Shown here: one piece after another, positions 10,519-19,922 of the stretch
How positions within the stretch are numbered: position 1 is the stretch's first letter
How the letters are laid out: every line of letters begins with the position of its first letter
Source of the DNA: Candidatus Cloacimonadales bacterium
GTDB taxonomy: Bacteria; Cloacimonadota; Cloacimonadia; G963667145
Direction: 5' to 3'
DNA: 64,000 nt
Assembly: GCA_965140615.1 (NCBI GenBank)
Contig: OZ223280.1
Coordinates: 72,450 to 136,449 of the forward strand
The notes under the pieces: model-generated
The model's input: only the letters and a program-made list of their open reading frames with translations
Database searches by the model: none
What the model was told of the DNA's origin: nothing
Translations under genes and position numbers: made by a program

Positions 10519-10952
10519 TATCCCCTCAAATCTTTTGGTGTGAGGTTAGCAAAACGCTGCAAACCTTGCTCAATCTTCTTCTTATGCTCATCTGGAGACC
10601 ACAAAGATATATAGTTTCCGTTTCCTTTAAGCACGGCTTTGTCAGTTATGCCAGCGTAATCCAAAAGGTTTTGGTCTATCTTTACTCGCCCAGAAGCCTC
10701 GATTTTTTGCTCTTTGGCATAATCTGCTAAATAGTCGATAATAGCCACCTGCTCGTTTGTGCCCGCTTCCATCCGATTGCAATACTCGTCCCAGTTGTCC
10801 AGCGGATACAAAACCACAGACCTGCCCACACCCACAGTAAGCACCACTCTGCCCAGCGATTCAGGAGAAAATTTTTCCTTCATTTGCGACGGAATAACTA
10901 TCCTGAACTGGTTTAGAGTAACCTCACTAACTCCGTTAAAACGACCCGACAT
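10518..10952 (-). CDS. mraZ: transcriptional regulator MraZ
   Basis: 144 aa; tandem SpoVT/AbrB-like MraZ repeats; first gene of the dcw cluster; 1-nt overlap with rsmH. Confidence 0.85.
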   Translation of the reverse strand: MSGRFNGVSEVTLNQFRIVIPSQMKEKFSPESLGRVVLTVGVGRSVVLYPLDNWDEYCNRMEAGTNEQVAIIDYLADYAKEQKIEASGRVKIDQNLLDYAGITDKAVLKGNGNYISLWSPDEHKKKIEQGLQRFANLTPKDLRG

Positions 10953-10960
10953 CTAACCTC

Positions 10961-11030
10961 TTTTGACTTTTTATGATTTATTATGACTATTAACTAGTTT
11001 TATTGATTAGTGTCAACTCTAATTTAAACA
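10961..11030 (-). promoter_or_regulatory. putative mraZ promoter and MraZ operator
   Basis: On the minus strand: TTGACA, about 17-18 nt, TAATAG, then three direct repeats TCATAA/TCATAA/TCAAAA at exact 10-bp spacing (plus-strand TTTTGA 10961, TTATGA 10971, TTATGA 10981) just upstream of the mraZ start. Confidence 0.35.
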
Positions 11031-11117
11031 ATTTTTAAAATAAGCAAAAAAAACTTGGCAATTAGCAGGTGGTTTAATTTTTTCAAGGGAAGATAATTTA
11101 TAGAAGAGGTAAATAAT

Positions 11118-12521
11118 ATGAGCAAAATTTTAATCAAAAATCCGTTAGTAATCGTAACTCAAAATCAAAGTCGAGAAGAACTGAAAAGCAAGAACATCCT
11201 AATAGAAGACAATCTGATAAAGTCGCTGGACTATTGCCCAAAAGAGGGCGAAAGTTTTGATAAAGTGATAGATGCTAGTGGCAAACTAGTGATGCCGGGA
11301 ATGGTGAATTGCCATCATCACCTTTATCAGACGCTGACTCGCAATGTCCCCAAGATGCAAGACCAAGAGCTTTTCCCTTGGCTTACCAACCACTACGAGC
11401 TGTGGCGTGAGGTAACCAGCAAGGGCATCTATGTCTCAGCCAAGGTCGGACTACTGGAGCTACTATTCACAGGGTGCACCACCTCCACCGACCACCTATA
11501 CCTCTTCCCACGGCACACAGACGGCAAACTTATCGACCAAGAGATAAAAGCTGCCCGAGAGGTCGGTATCCGCTTCCAACCCACCAGAGGCTCTATGACC
11601 CTCTCCTGCAAAGACGGAGGCTTGCCTCCAGACGATGTGGTGCAAGAGGAGAATGAGATACTCGGCGATTGCCAAAGACTAATAGAAAAATACCACGACC
11701 CGTCTTTCGGAGCGATGCTCAGGATTAGCCTTGCACCATGCTCTCCTTTTTCCGTAACAGGCTCACAAATGGCTAGTGTCGCCAAATTTGCCCGAAAGAA
11801 CCGCCTGATGATTCATACTCACCTAGCGGAGACCAAAGACGAAGAAAAGTTCTGCATCGAGAAGTTTGGAGCAAGACCAGCAAAATACCTAGAAGACCTT
11901 GGGTGGATAGCCGAGAACGCTTGGACAGCTCACTCTATCCACCTCAGCGATGAAGAGATAGCCAAGATGGGAGAGCAAAAGATGGGAATTTCGCACTGTC
12001 CGTCGTCCAATATGCGTCTTGGTTCGGGTATCGCTCGCATCCGAGAGATGCTGGACGCTGGAGTTTGTGTGGGTCTGGGCGTGGACGGCTCTGCCTCCAA
12101 CGATTCATCTAATATGCTAGCAGAGGCTCGCCTAGCGATGCTCCTATCACGACTGAGAGAGGATAAACGCAACTGGCTCACTGCACGAGATGTGCTATGG
12201 ATCGCTACCAAAGGCGGTGCTATGGCTCTGGGACGCGATGATATCGGAAGTATAGAGGAAGGCAAGTGTGCCGACATCGTCCTATACGATATGCAAAAAA
12301 TCGCCTACGCTGGCGGTATGAGCGACCCAGTAGCAGCACTCGTGTTTTGCCAAGACACTGGCAGTGTGGACACTTGCATCATCAACGGCAAGGTTATAAT
12401 CGAAAACGGCAAGCATGACTTTAATCTAGCACCACTAATCAAAAAGCAAAACGAGCTAGCAAACCAAATGATACAAAAAGCTCAAGAAAATACAGGGATA
12501 GATTTTTTAAGTAAGAAATAA
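11118..12521 (+). CDS. metal-dependent amidohydrolase (8-oxoguanine deaminase / SsnA / MTA-SAH deaminase-like)
   Basis: 467 aa; HxH metal-binding motif (NCHHHLYQTL), internal HTHLAE and a C-terminal D motif typical of the amidohydrolase superfamily; diverges from mraZ. Confidence 0.75.
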   Translation: MSKILIKNPLVIVTQNQSREELKSKNILIEDNLIKSLDYCPKEGESFDKVIDASGKLVMPGMVNCHHHLYQTLTRNVPKMQDQELFPWLTNHYELWREVTSKGIYVSAKVGLLELLFTGCTTSTDHLYLFPRHTDGKLIDQEIKAAREVGIRFQPTRGSMTLSCKDGGLPPDDVVQEENEILGDCQRLIEKYHDPSFGAMLRISLAPCSPFSVTGSQMASVAKFARKNRLMIHTHLAETKDEEKFCIEKFGARPAKYLEDLGWIAENAWTAHSIHLSDEEIAKMGEQKMGISHCPSSNMRLGSGIARIREMLDAGVCVGLGVDGSASNDSSNMLAEARLAMLLSRLREDKRNWLTARDVLWIATKGGAMALGRDDIGSIEEGKCADIVLYDMQKIAYAGGMSDPVAALVFCQDTGSVDTCIINGKVIIENGKHDFNLAPLIKKQNELANQMIQKAQENTGIDFLSKK

Positions 12522-12531
12522 AATTCAAACA

Positions 12532-12560
12532 AAAGCCACAGAAATCTGTGGCTTTTGTTA
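12532..12560. terminator. bidirectional rho-independent terminator
   Basis: Hairpin AGCCACAG-AAAT-CTGTGGCT (8-bp stem, 4-nt loop) flanked by T runs on both strands, between the convergent amidohydrolase (+) and murA (-). Confidence 0.6.
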
Positions 12561-12579
12561 TAGCACTTTTTTGGGGTAT

Positions 12580-13833
12580 TTAGTCCACCAATTCGATATC
12601 TGCACCCAACTTTTTTAGCTTCTCTTGTATATTTTCGTAGCCTCTTTTGATGTGGTAGATACGCATAATCTCCGTGGTGTTGTCGCTAGCAAGCCCTGCA
12701 AGCACCAAAGCAGCACTGGCTCGCAAGTCCGTTGCCATCACCTTAGCTCCGCTCAAGGTGTCTACTCCTTCCACGATGGCGATATTTTTATCGATTTGAA
12801 TATTTGCCCCTAGGCGACTGAGCTCTGCCACATGCATAAAGCGGTCTGGGAATATGGTGTCTTCTATCACACAGCTGCCTTGTGCGATGCACATATAAGC
12901 CATAAACTGTGCCTGCAAATCTGTGGGAAAACCAGGATACTCTGTTGTAATCACCTTCTTCGCCGAGAGTATCTTCTCAGCTGGGATAAACTCAATATCT
13001 CTTTCACCTACTTCAAATCGGCAGCCAGTTTCCTCCATTTTTTGCAAAAGGGCTTTCAAATGCTTAGGACAACAGTTCTTTACCGTGATTCGGCTACTGG
13101 TGATAGCTCCTGCCAACAAGAATGTACCTGCCTCTATCCTATCGGGAATTACTCGGTAATCGCTAGAGTGCAAGGCTTCGACCCCCTGTATAGTCAGAGT
13201 TGAGCTACCTATGCCCGTAATAGAAGCACCCATTTTTACCAAAAAGTGTGCCAAGTCGTCTATTTCTGGCTCTTGTGCAGCGTTCTCTATCACCGTCTGC
13301 CCTTGGGCAAGAGTACTTGCCATTAGCATATTTGCCGTAGCTCCGACAGATATTTTTTCAAAATGGAAATTACAACCAGTGAGCAGATTGCCAGTTGCCA
13401 TAATGTTTCCGTGATTGATGTCTATATTCGCTCCCAAAGCCTCCATAGCTTTCAGATGAAGATCGACAGGGCGAGCACCGATAGCACAGCCACCGGGGAA
13501 GGAAACGCTAGCTTGCCCAAGCAATGCCAGCTGTGGAGCCAAGACATAGATGGAAGCCCGCATCTTGCGGACGATGTCATAAGGAGCTTCTTGAAAGCAG
13601 ACGCCAGAGGTGTCGAGTCGCATAGTAGAGCTTTGATGCTCAACCTTGACTCCCATAGTTTGTAGAAGCGAAGCCATAAATTCAACATCTTGCAACTGAG
13701 GAACATTCTCTAAGACAAACTTGCCTCTAGCCAGCATCGTGGCAGCCATTATCGGCAACACTGCATTTTTAGCTCCGCCTATCTCTACAGCTCCAGAAAG
13801 TTTTCTTTTTCCGCTTATTACAAATTTTTCCAT
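12580..13833 (-). CDS. murA: UDP-N-acetylglucosamine 1-carboxyvinyltransferase MurA
   Basis: 417 aa; N-terminus MEKFVISGKRKLSGAVEIGGAKNAVLPI; active-site Cys in PGGCAIGARPVDLH (fosfomycin-sensitive type). Confidence 0.9.
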   Translation of the reverse strand: MEKFVISGKRKLSGAVEIGGAKNAVLPIMAATMLARGKFVLENVPQLQDVEFMASLLQTMGVKVEHQSSTMRLDTSGVCFQEAPYDIVRKMRASIYVLAPQLALLGQASVSFPGGCAIGARPVDLHLKAMEALGANIDINHGNIMATGNLLTGCNFHFEKISVGATANMLMASTLAQGQTVIENAAQEPEIDDLAHFLVKMGASITGIGSSTLTIQGVEALHSSDYRVIPDRIEAGTFLLAGAITSSRITVKNCCPKHLKALLQKMEETGCRFEVGERDIEFIPAEKILSAKKVITTEYPGFPTDLQAQFMAYMCIAQGSCVIEDTIFPDRFMHVAELSRLGANIQIDKNIAIVEGVDTLSGAKVMATDLRASAALVLAGLASDNTTEIMRIYHIKRGYENIQEKLKKLGADIELVD

Positions 13834-14282
13834 TTAAACCTTCTTTGTCTAGCTGCCTCGTACAGCACGATTGCTACACTGTTACTCAAATTTATAGACC
13901 TAATATTGGGATGCATCGGGATGGTGATGGCAGTGCTTGAGTGCTTGTCCAACAACATTTCTGGCAACCCTTTGCTTTCTGGTCCAAACACCAAAAAATC
14001 ACCTTCTTCATAGTTTACACTGTCGTAGAACTTCTTCGCTTTCGTACTCGCCAGATAGAACTTAGCTTGTGGGTAAGTATCACACAGCTCCTGCCAGCTA
14101 TCGTAAAGGCGATACTCCAGCTTCTGCCAATAGTCCAGCCCAGCTCTGCGAACACTCTTATCGTCTATCATAAACTTCATTGGTCTTACTATGTGTAATT
14201 TAGCTCCAGTTCCCACACAAAGCCTGCCGATGTTTCCCGTGTTTTGAGCTATTTCTGGCTGATAGAGGACGATATTAAACAA
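13818..14282 (-). CDS. trmL: tRNA (cytidine/uridine-2'-O-)-methyltransferase TrmL (SpoU family)
   Basis: 154 aa; SPOUT fold motifs (YQPEIAQNTGNIGR); overlaps murA and the upstream gene, i.e. operonic. Confidence 0.8.
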   Translation of the reverse strand: MFNIVLYQPEIAQNTGNIGRLCVGTGAKLHIVRPMKFMIDDKSVRRAGLDYWQKLEYRLYDSWQELCDTYPQAKFYLASTKAKKFYDSVNYEEGDFLVFGPESKGLPEMLLDKHSSTAITIPMHPNIRSINLSNSVAIVLYEAARQRRFKWKNL

Positions 14283-16038
14283 GTTTTACCGCATCAAACT
14301 TACACACATCTTGGCAAATCCCACACTTAACGCAAAGCTCTTGATCAATTTTATGGGGTTGCTTCACACTACCGCTGATGCACTCTTGCGGACACTTGCG
14401 GGCACACAGCGTACAACCAACACATTTTTCTTGGTCAATTTTGTAACTTTTGAGGTTTGTGCAAACGCCAGCCACACATTTTTTGTCTTGGATGTGAGCG
14501 ATATACTCGTCTTTAAAATATTTTAAGGTTGTCAAAACTGGATTGGGAGCAGATTGTCCCAAACCGCAAAGGGTGGAGGCTTTAATATTCTCTGCCAATT
14601 CGTACAGTTTGTCAATATCTTCCATTTTGCCTTTGCCGTTGGTAATTCGCTCCAATATCTCTAGCATCCTCTTGGTACCAATTCTGCAAAATGGACATTT
14701 GCCACAGCTCTCTTTTTGCGTAAAAGATAAGAAGTATTTAGCTACCTCTACCATACACGAGGATTGATCCATCACCACCATACCGCCTGATCCCATTATC
14801 GCACCAGTTTGGTTGATAGAGTCGTAGTCGATGGGCAAGTCCAAATATTTTTCGGGAATACATCCGCCAGAAGGTCCACCCATCTGCACGGCTTTAAACT
14901 TCCCTCCATCTTTTATTCCACCGCCGATATCAAAAATAACCTCTCTAAGTGTTGTACCCATAGGCACTTCCACCAATCCAGACCTTTTTATCTTGCCGGC
15001 GAGAGCAAAAACTTTGGTGCCTGCAGATTTTTCTGTTCCATTCTTGCGATACTCCTTAGCTCCGTTCAAGATTATCCAAGGGATGTTGGCAAAAGTCTCC
15101 ACATTGTTTACATTGGTAGGACAGTCAAAGAGTCCACGGATAGCTGGGAAAGGCGGTCTTCTTCTGGGCATACCCCTTTTTCCCTCGATAGAGGCTATTA
15201 GTGCTGTCTCTTCGCCACAAACGAAAGCTCCAGCTCCCTCTTTGATGTGCAATTTAAAGTTAAAGCCACTACCTAAAATGTTCTCACCCAGATACCCTCT
15301 TTCCTCTAGTTCCGAGATGGCTGTACGCAAGTGCTTAATAGCCAGCGGGTACTCCGCTCTCACATATAGATATCCCTCATCTGAGCCTATGGTGTAGCCT
15401 GCGATGATCATACCCTCTATCACTAGATAGGGGTTGCCCTCAAGCAAAGACCTGTCCATAAAAGCCCCCGGGTCTCCCTCATCGGCGTTACAGATGAGGT
15501 ACTTCTTATCGCCTTGAGCACCTTTGGCGAACTTCCACTTCATTCCCGTGGAAGCTCCACCTCCACCGCGACCTCTGAGCCCACTGTCTTGTACAGTTTG
15601 CAAAAGCTCTTCAGGTGTGGAGTTTAAAGCTTTTTGCAAAGCCTTAAAACCTTCCCTGTTTTCGTAATCTGCAAAAGATTCGGGATTAAGGTTACCAACA
15701 TTTCGCAGGGCTATCCTTCTTTGTTTAGAGAAAAAAGCGTCTTCCAAATTGACATCTTGGTCGATAATCCTGTGGCTTTCTACCACTTTGCCACCCAAAA
15801 GATGCTCATCAAATATAGAGTCTAGCACTTCGGGCGTAACATGGGCGTACACAGTCCTTTGGTGGTCTTCATCTTCCACAAAAACAAGCGGCTCGTTGTA
15901 ACACATACCTATACAGCCAGTGGTATCTAGCTCCACATTGCTTTTACTTTTTTTGAGAAGTTCTTCAGCTCTGTCCAGTACTTCTCCAGCTCCAGCAGAC
16001 TTACCACACGAACCCATACCGATTACCAATCTTTTCAT
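14275..16038 (-). CDS. NuoF/HndC/HydB-like NADH-binding flavoprotein with N-terminal thioredoxin-like [2Fe-2S] domain and C-terminal 2x[4Fe-4S] ferredoxin
   Basis: 587 aa; FMN/NADH glycine-rich motif GRGGGGASTGMKWKF; N3 cluster motif CGKCPFCRIG; two CxxCxxCxxxCP ferredoxin motifs at the C-terminus; Cys-containing Trx-like N-terminus. Confidence 0.8.
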   Translation of the reverse strand: MKRLVIGMGSCGKSAGAGEVLDRAEELLKKSKSNVELDTTGCIGMCYNEPLVFVEDEDHQRTVYAHVTPEVLDSIFDEHLLGGKVVESHRIIDQDVNLEDAFFSKQRRIALRNVGNLNPESFADYENREGFKALQKALNSTPEELLQTVQDSGLRGRGGGGASTGMKWKFAKGAQGDKKYLICNADEGDPGAFMDRSLLEGNPYLVIEGMIIAGYTIGSDEGYLYVRAEYPLAIKHLRTAISELEERGYLGENILGSGFNFKLHIKEGAGAFVCGEETALIASIEGKRGMPRRRPPFPAIRGLFDCPTNVNNVETFANIPWIILNGAKEYRKNGTEKSAGTKVFALAGKIKRSGLVEVPMGTTLREVIFDIGGGIKDGGKFKAVQMGGPSGGCIPEKYLDLPIDYDSINQTGAIMGSGGMVVMDQSSCMVEVAKYFLSFTQKESCGKCPFCRIGTKRMLEILERITNGKGKMEDIDKLYELAENIKASTLCGLGQSAPNPVLTTLKYFKDEYIAHIQDKKCVAGVCTNLKSYKIDQEKCVGCTLCARKCPQECISGSVKQPHKIDQELCVKCGICQDVCKFDAVKLV

Positions 16039-16062
16039 CTTTAATCCCCTTACAAATAAAAT

Positions 16063-17562
16063 TTAGTACGACTTGGCAAAAACAACCCGCTTTTTACTGG
16101 GTCTGCCACAATAAATGCAAGCTCCCTCTTCCTCCTGAGAAGAAAAAGGTATGCATCGCACAGTCGCTTTCAACTCTTGTTTGATAGCCTGCTCGCACTC
16201 AGCACATCCGCACCAATGCGATAAGGCAAAAATCTGTTTTCCTTTAGACTTAAACAAATCAAAAAACTCATCTTTTTTGTCAACAATTTTAGTGTTCGCC
16301 TTTAGAAAAGATTTTGCCTTGCTGTAAATAGCAAATTGGATATTGTCCAAGATGGAGTTAACATCTTGCAAAAACTGCTCTCTGGGGATGCTTTTCTTTT
16401 CTTTTGGTTGCATATCGCGTCGCCCCACGAAAAGAGTGTCTTTTTGCAAATCTCTTACACCTACCTCAATTCTAATAGGCACACCTTTTTTTATCCACTC
16501 CCAACTTCTAGCAGAAGAGGTTGCATTGCTGTCATCCAAGATCACATCTAAAGGCTCTTTGTAATAATAAATTTCTTCTAAATCATCTTTTAAATTTGTC
16601 AAATATTTCAACACCACTTTTTTTTCGTCTTCATCCTTATAAATAGGCAACAATACTATCTGTGCTGGGGCAATCCTTGGTGGTAGCACCAAACCGTTAT
16701 CATCGGAGTGAGCCATAATAAGCCCGCCGATTAGCCGTGTGGACACTCCCCAAGAGGTCGTCCATGCAAATTCCATCTCGCCTGCTTGATTTTGAAACTT
16801 AATGTCCGACGATTTAGCAAAATTTTGACCCAAGAAATGGCTAGTGCCAGCCTGCAGAGCTTTCTTGTCTTGCATCATAGCTTCTATGCAATAGGTGTCC
16901 ACGGCTCCAGGAAACTTTTCCGATTCGCTCTTTTTGCCTTTTACCACCGGCATAGCCAAGAAATCTCGGCAAAACTCAGCGTAAAGATCAAGAATTGTCA
17001 AAGTTTCCTCTTCTGCCTCTTGCCTTGTAGCGTGTGCGGTGTGTCCTTCTTGCCACAAAAACTCAGCTGTCCGCAAAAAGAGCCGCGGGCGAAGCTCCCA
17101 ACGAACCACATTAGCCCATTGGTTGATTAAAAGTGGCAGATCTTTGTACGACTTAACCCATTTGGCAAAAGATTCCCCGATGATAGTCTCCGATGTGGGA
17201 CGCACAACCAACTCTTGGGCAAGCTTGCCCCCAGGGACAAGACCTTTTTGCCCATCTACCTGCTCCAATTTGGAGTGAGTAACCACAGCACACTCTTTGG
17301 CAAAGCCTTCCACATGCTCAGCCTCTTTCTCCAGATAACTTTTAGGAATGAAAAGTGGAAAATAAGCGTTTTTATGCCCCGTTTTTTTGAAAGCTTTGTC
17401 CAAAGCCTTTCGGATATTTTCCCAAATGGCGTATCCCCAAGGCTTAATCACCATACAGCCTCTAACAGAGCTGCTCTCTGCCATGTCGGCTACTTTTATA
17501 ACTTCCTGATACCAAAGAGGATAGTTTTGCTCTCTCTTTGGATTTACTGCAGTTTTTGCCAC
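16063..17562 (-). CDS. proS: proline--tRNA ligase, archaeal/eukaryotic type (no INS editing domain, C-terminal zinc-binding domain)
   Basis: 499 aa; class II aaRS motifs; C-terminal CxxC...CxxC tail (CIPFSS...CIYCGRP) diagnostic of the archaeal-type ProRS architecture. Confidence 0.9.
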   Translation of the reverse strand: MAKTAVNPKREQNYPLWYQEVIKVADMAESSSVRGCMVIKPWGYAIWENIRKALDKAFKKTGHKNAYFPLFIPKSYLEKEAEHVEGFAKECAVVTHSKLEQVDGQKGLVPGGKLAQELVVRPTSETIIGESFAKWVKSYKDLPLLINQWANVVRWELRPRLFLRTAEFLWQEGHTAHATRQEAEEETLTILDLYAEFCRDFLAMPVVKGKKSESEKFPGAVDTYCIEAMMQDKKALQAGTSHFLGQNFAKSSDIKFQNQAGEMEFAWTTSWGVSTRLIGGLIMAHSDDNGLVLPPRIAPAQIVLLPIYKDEDEKKVVLKYLTNLKDDLEEIYYYKEPLDVILDDSNATSSARSWEWIKKGVPIRIEVGVRDLQKDTLFVGRRDMQPKEKKSIPREQFLQDVNSILDNIQFAIYSKAKSFLKANTKIVDKKDEFFDLFKSKGKQIFALSHWCGCAECEQAIKQELKATVRCIPFSSQEEEGACIYCGRPSKKRVVFAKSY

Positions 17563-17582
17563 TTTAGCACTCCTTGTAATTT

Positions 17583-18356
17583 TTAGTTTATCAATTTCAG
17601 ATATCTACCCGAGCGGCGTCCATCTTCGCCAACAGAAAAAAGGACAATATAGGGAGTTCCCGTAATGTCTTTGCGATCTAAAAACCCCCAAAATCGGCTA
17701 TCAAAGCTGTTTTGCCGATTGTCGCCCATTGCAAAATATTTGTTTTGCGGTACTGTAACTGGTCCAAAGTTATCAATAGAACCCATAAATGTGTCGTCCC
17801 AAAAAATATCTAGCTGCTCAACTCCTGTGTAACGGGGCAAAATTTGAGGTAAGGTGTTGTTTACAAAAGGCTCGGCAATTTTTTCGCCGTTGATGTAAGT
17901 TATTCTGTCTTTTATCTCCAGAGTATCGCCAGGCATCCCTATTACTCGCTTCACTAAATTGGCTTTCCCATAATAACATAGCCCGAAGAAAGTTATCTTC
18001 TCTATCCCAAAATAAAACCAATCTTTTTTGTCCCAATACAGTGGCGGATACAGCCTGATATAATCTTTGCGAGTGTTTCGGTAACTGTTCTGAGCACAAG
18101 GCAATCCTGGCTCAATAGCTTGTGCAGGATTGCGAAAAGTAACGATATCAAACCTCTTGGGCTCGTCTATGAAATACTTAAGCTTGTTAGCTATCAAATA
18201 GTCGCCCACCAGAAGAGTTTTCTCCATAGAGCCAGAGGGTATCTTGAAGTTTTGGAAAGTGTAATTGCGAATAATCATCGCTACCACCAAAGCAAACAAA
18301 ATAGCCTCTACCCACTCCTGCGCCACGCCTTTTTTGCGTCTTATCTTTTTCGACAT
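17583..18356 (-). CDS. lepB: signal peptidase I (LepB)
   Basis: 257 aa; N-terminal TM; catalytic Ser box (GSMEKTLLVGD), Lys box and GDNRQNSFDSRFWG box. Confidence 0.85.
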   Translation of the reverse strand: MSKKIRRKKGVAQEWVEAILFALVVAMIIRNYTFQNFKIPSGSMEKTLLVGDYLIANKLKYFIDEPKRFDIVTFRNPAQAIEPGLPCAQNSYRNTRKDYIRLYPPLYWDKKDWFYFGIEKITFFGLCYYGKANLVKRVIGMPGDTLEIKDRITYINGEKIAEPFVNNTLPQILPRYTGVEQLDIFWDDTFMGSIDNFGPVTVPQNKYFAMGDNRQNSFDSRFWGFLDRKDITGTPYIVLFSVGEDGRRSGRYLKLIN

Positions 18357-18375
18357 CTAGCTAACTTGATTTGGG

Positions 18376-19620
18376 CTACAGCTTAATCTTTTCCAAAGAT
18401 GCCACCTCTGGCGAGACAGCCTCTGGCATCTTCACTATTTTCTGTGCTGAAGCAAGGTCTTTGAGTCCGCTACCAGTAAGGAGCACACAGGCGTTACTCC
18501 CTGCAGGGATTTTACCCTCTTGAGAATATTTTAGCATTCCTGCGAAAGCACAAGCAGCAGCTGGTTCAGAAAAGATGCCAGTGTTTTGGCTCAAAGTAAG
18601 GCTAGCTTCCAATATCTTCTCATCACTCACGGTGATACAGTCGCTCTCATAGTCGGTCAAGAAATTTTTCACCATATAATAGTTAGCAGGGACATCCACC
18701 GAGATGGAATCAGCCAAAGTAGTAGCACTCACACAGCTAAAATCGTCGTTTTGGTAGTTGCGGTAGATATTGGCACTTTTTTCCGATTGCACTGCCACTA
18801 TTTTCGGCATCTTCTTAATGATTTTCATCTTCAAGAGGTCTTCAAACCCTTTAAACACACCACCTACGATGCATCCATCACCAACGGAGACGAACACTGT
18901 ATCTACATCTTTTATCTGGTCGTAAATCTCGAAAGAGACCACTTTTTTACCCTCCACAGTGTGTGGGTTGTAAGCGGTGTTGCGATTGTACCATCCAAAC
19001 TTTTTACTTGCTGCCATAGACAAAGCGAAGGCATCGTCGTAGATACCATCCACAGGCACCAAAGTCGCTCCATACATCATCACCTGAGTGAGTTTAGCTA
19101 TGGGTGCAGCAGCTGGCACCATTATCACGGCTTTTTGCCCCTGAGCAGCACAGATACCTGCCAATGACGAGCCAGCATTGCCAGTGGATGCTGCCACTAT
19201 CACATCCTTGTCGTTCTCCTTGGCATAAGCACTAACAATGTAAGAGGCTCTATCTTTGAAGGAGAAGGTCGGATTTACACCCTCATCTTTGATGAAAAGG
19301 TTGAACCCCAGCTTACCATACTTGGGTAATGAGTTGTACTTATACATCGGAGTCTTGCCTACTCTTAGATTAGGCAGACTATCCTTAGAGTCAATAGGCA
19401 AAAGCTCTAGGTACTCGTTTTGCTTCAACTGAGCAAAACTTTTGTCGATGTTATCGTAATCGTAAACAACCTTTAAGATACCCTTGGTCGGTTGACCTTC
19501 TACATTAGTAGCCTCGCACGCAGGGCAAAGGTACTCCACCTCTCCCTTATTAAACTCAGCTCCACAGTTCACACACTTCAATTTAAACATTTTATCGCTC
19601 CTATTTAACCAAAATCGCAC
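18376..19620 (-). CDS. thrC: threonine synthase with N-terminal zinc-ribbon
   Basis: 414 aa; PLP-lysine motif FSFKDRAS; N-terminal CxxC...CxxC ribbon. Confidence 0.85.
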   Translation of the reverse strand: MRFWLNRSDKMFKLKCVNCGAEFNKGEVEYLCPACEATNVEGQPTKGILKVVYDYDNIDKSFAQLKQNEYLELLPIDSKDSLPNLRVGKTPMYKYNSLPKYGKLGFNLFIKDEGVNPTFSFKDRASYIVSAYAKENDKDVIVAASTGNAGSSLAGICAAQGQKAVIMVPAAAPIAKLTQVMMYGATLVPVDGIYDDAFALSMAASKKFGWYNRNTAYNPHTVEGKKVVSFEIYDQIKDVDTVFVSVGDGCIVGGVFKGFEDLLKMKIIKKMPKIVAVQSEKSANIYRNYQNDDFSCVSATTLADSISVDVPANYYMVKNFLTDYESDCITVSDEKILEASLTLSQNTGIFSEPAAACAFAGMLKYSQEGKIPAGSNACVLLTGSGLKDLASAQKIVKMPEAVSPEVASLEKIKL

Positions 19621-19873
19621 TCAAAGCCACCAAATACGCTATAGAAAAAGCTATATTCAGATAAAACACAATCTCCAACTTCAGTTTATTTTTAATATTT
19701 TTAATCTTAGACTGGTCTAGTGCAGACCAAGAATTTCGGTTTTTGTTGATGTAAAAAAGAGTAAATCCAAAAAGAGCAGTCAAGACTGAGAGCTTGACCG
19801 ACTTACCCAAAACAGCAAAAACAATGTATATACCAAGGAGCAAAATCCCCAGCAAAATCAATTTTCTTTTCAT
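19601..19873 (-). CDS. small hypothetical membrane protein (2-3 TM helices)
   Basis: Likely true start is MKRKLILL; the longer tracked ORF (to 19972) runs into the IS end and flank. Overlaps the thrC start. Confidence 0.35.
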   Translation of the reverse strand: MKRKLILLGILLLGIYIVFAVLGKSVKLSVLTALFGFTLFYINKNRNSWSALDQSKIKNIKNKLKLEIVFYLNIAFSIAYLVALSAILVK

Positions 19874-19922
19874 AATATTTTCTCCTACATCTAGTAGAAT
19901 TCTTTTTTTACCCTTTATCTTG

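Noticed and set aside
18586-19167. 193-aa plus-strand ORF, and other long antisense ORFs (for example 14831-15397, 51638-52294, 33781-34353, 3093-3596, 24765-25181)
   Set aside because: Each is fully embedded antisense within a well-supported conserved gene (thrC, the nuoF-like gene, atpD, the M28 peptidase gene, murD, dapF). These are typical shadow ORFs of low-GC DNA with no independent support.
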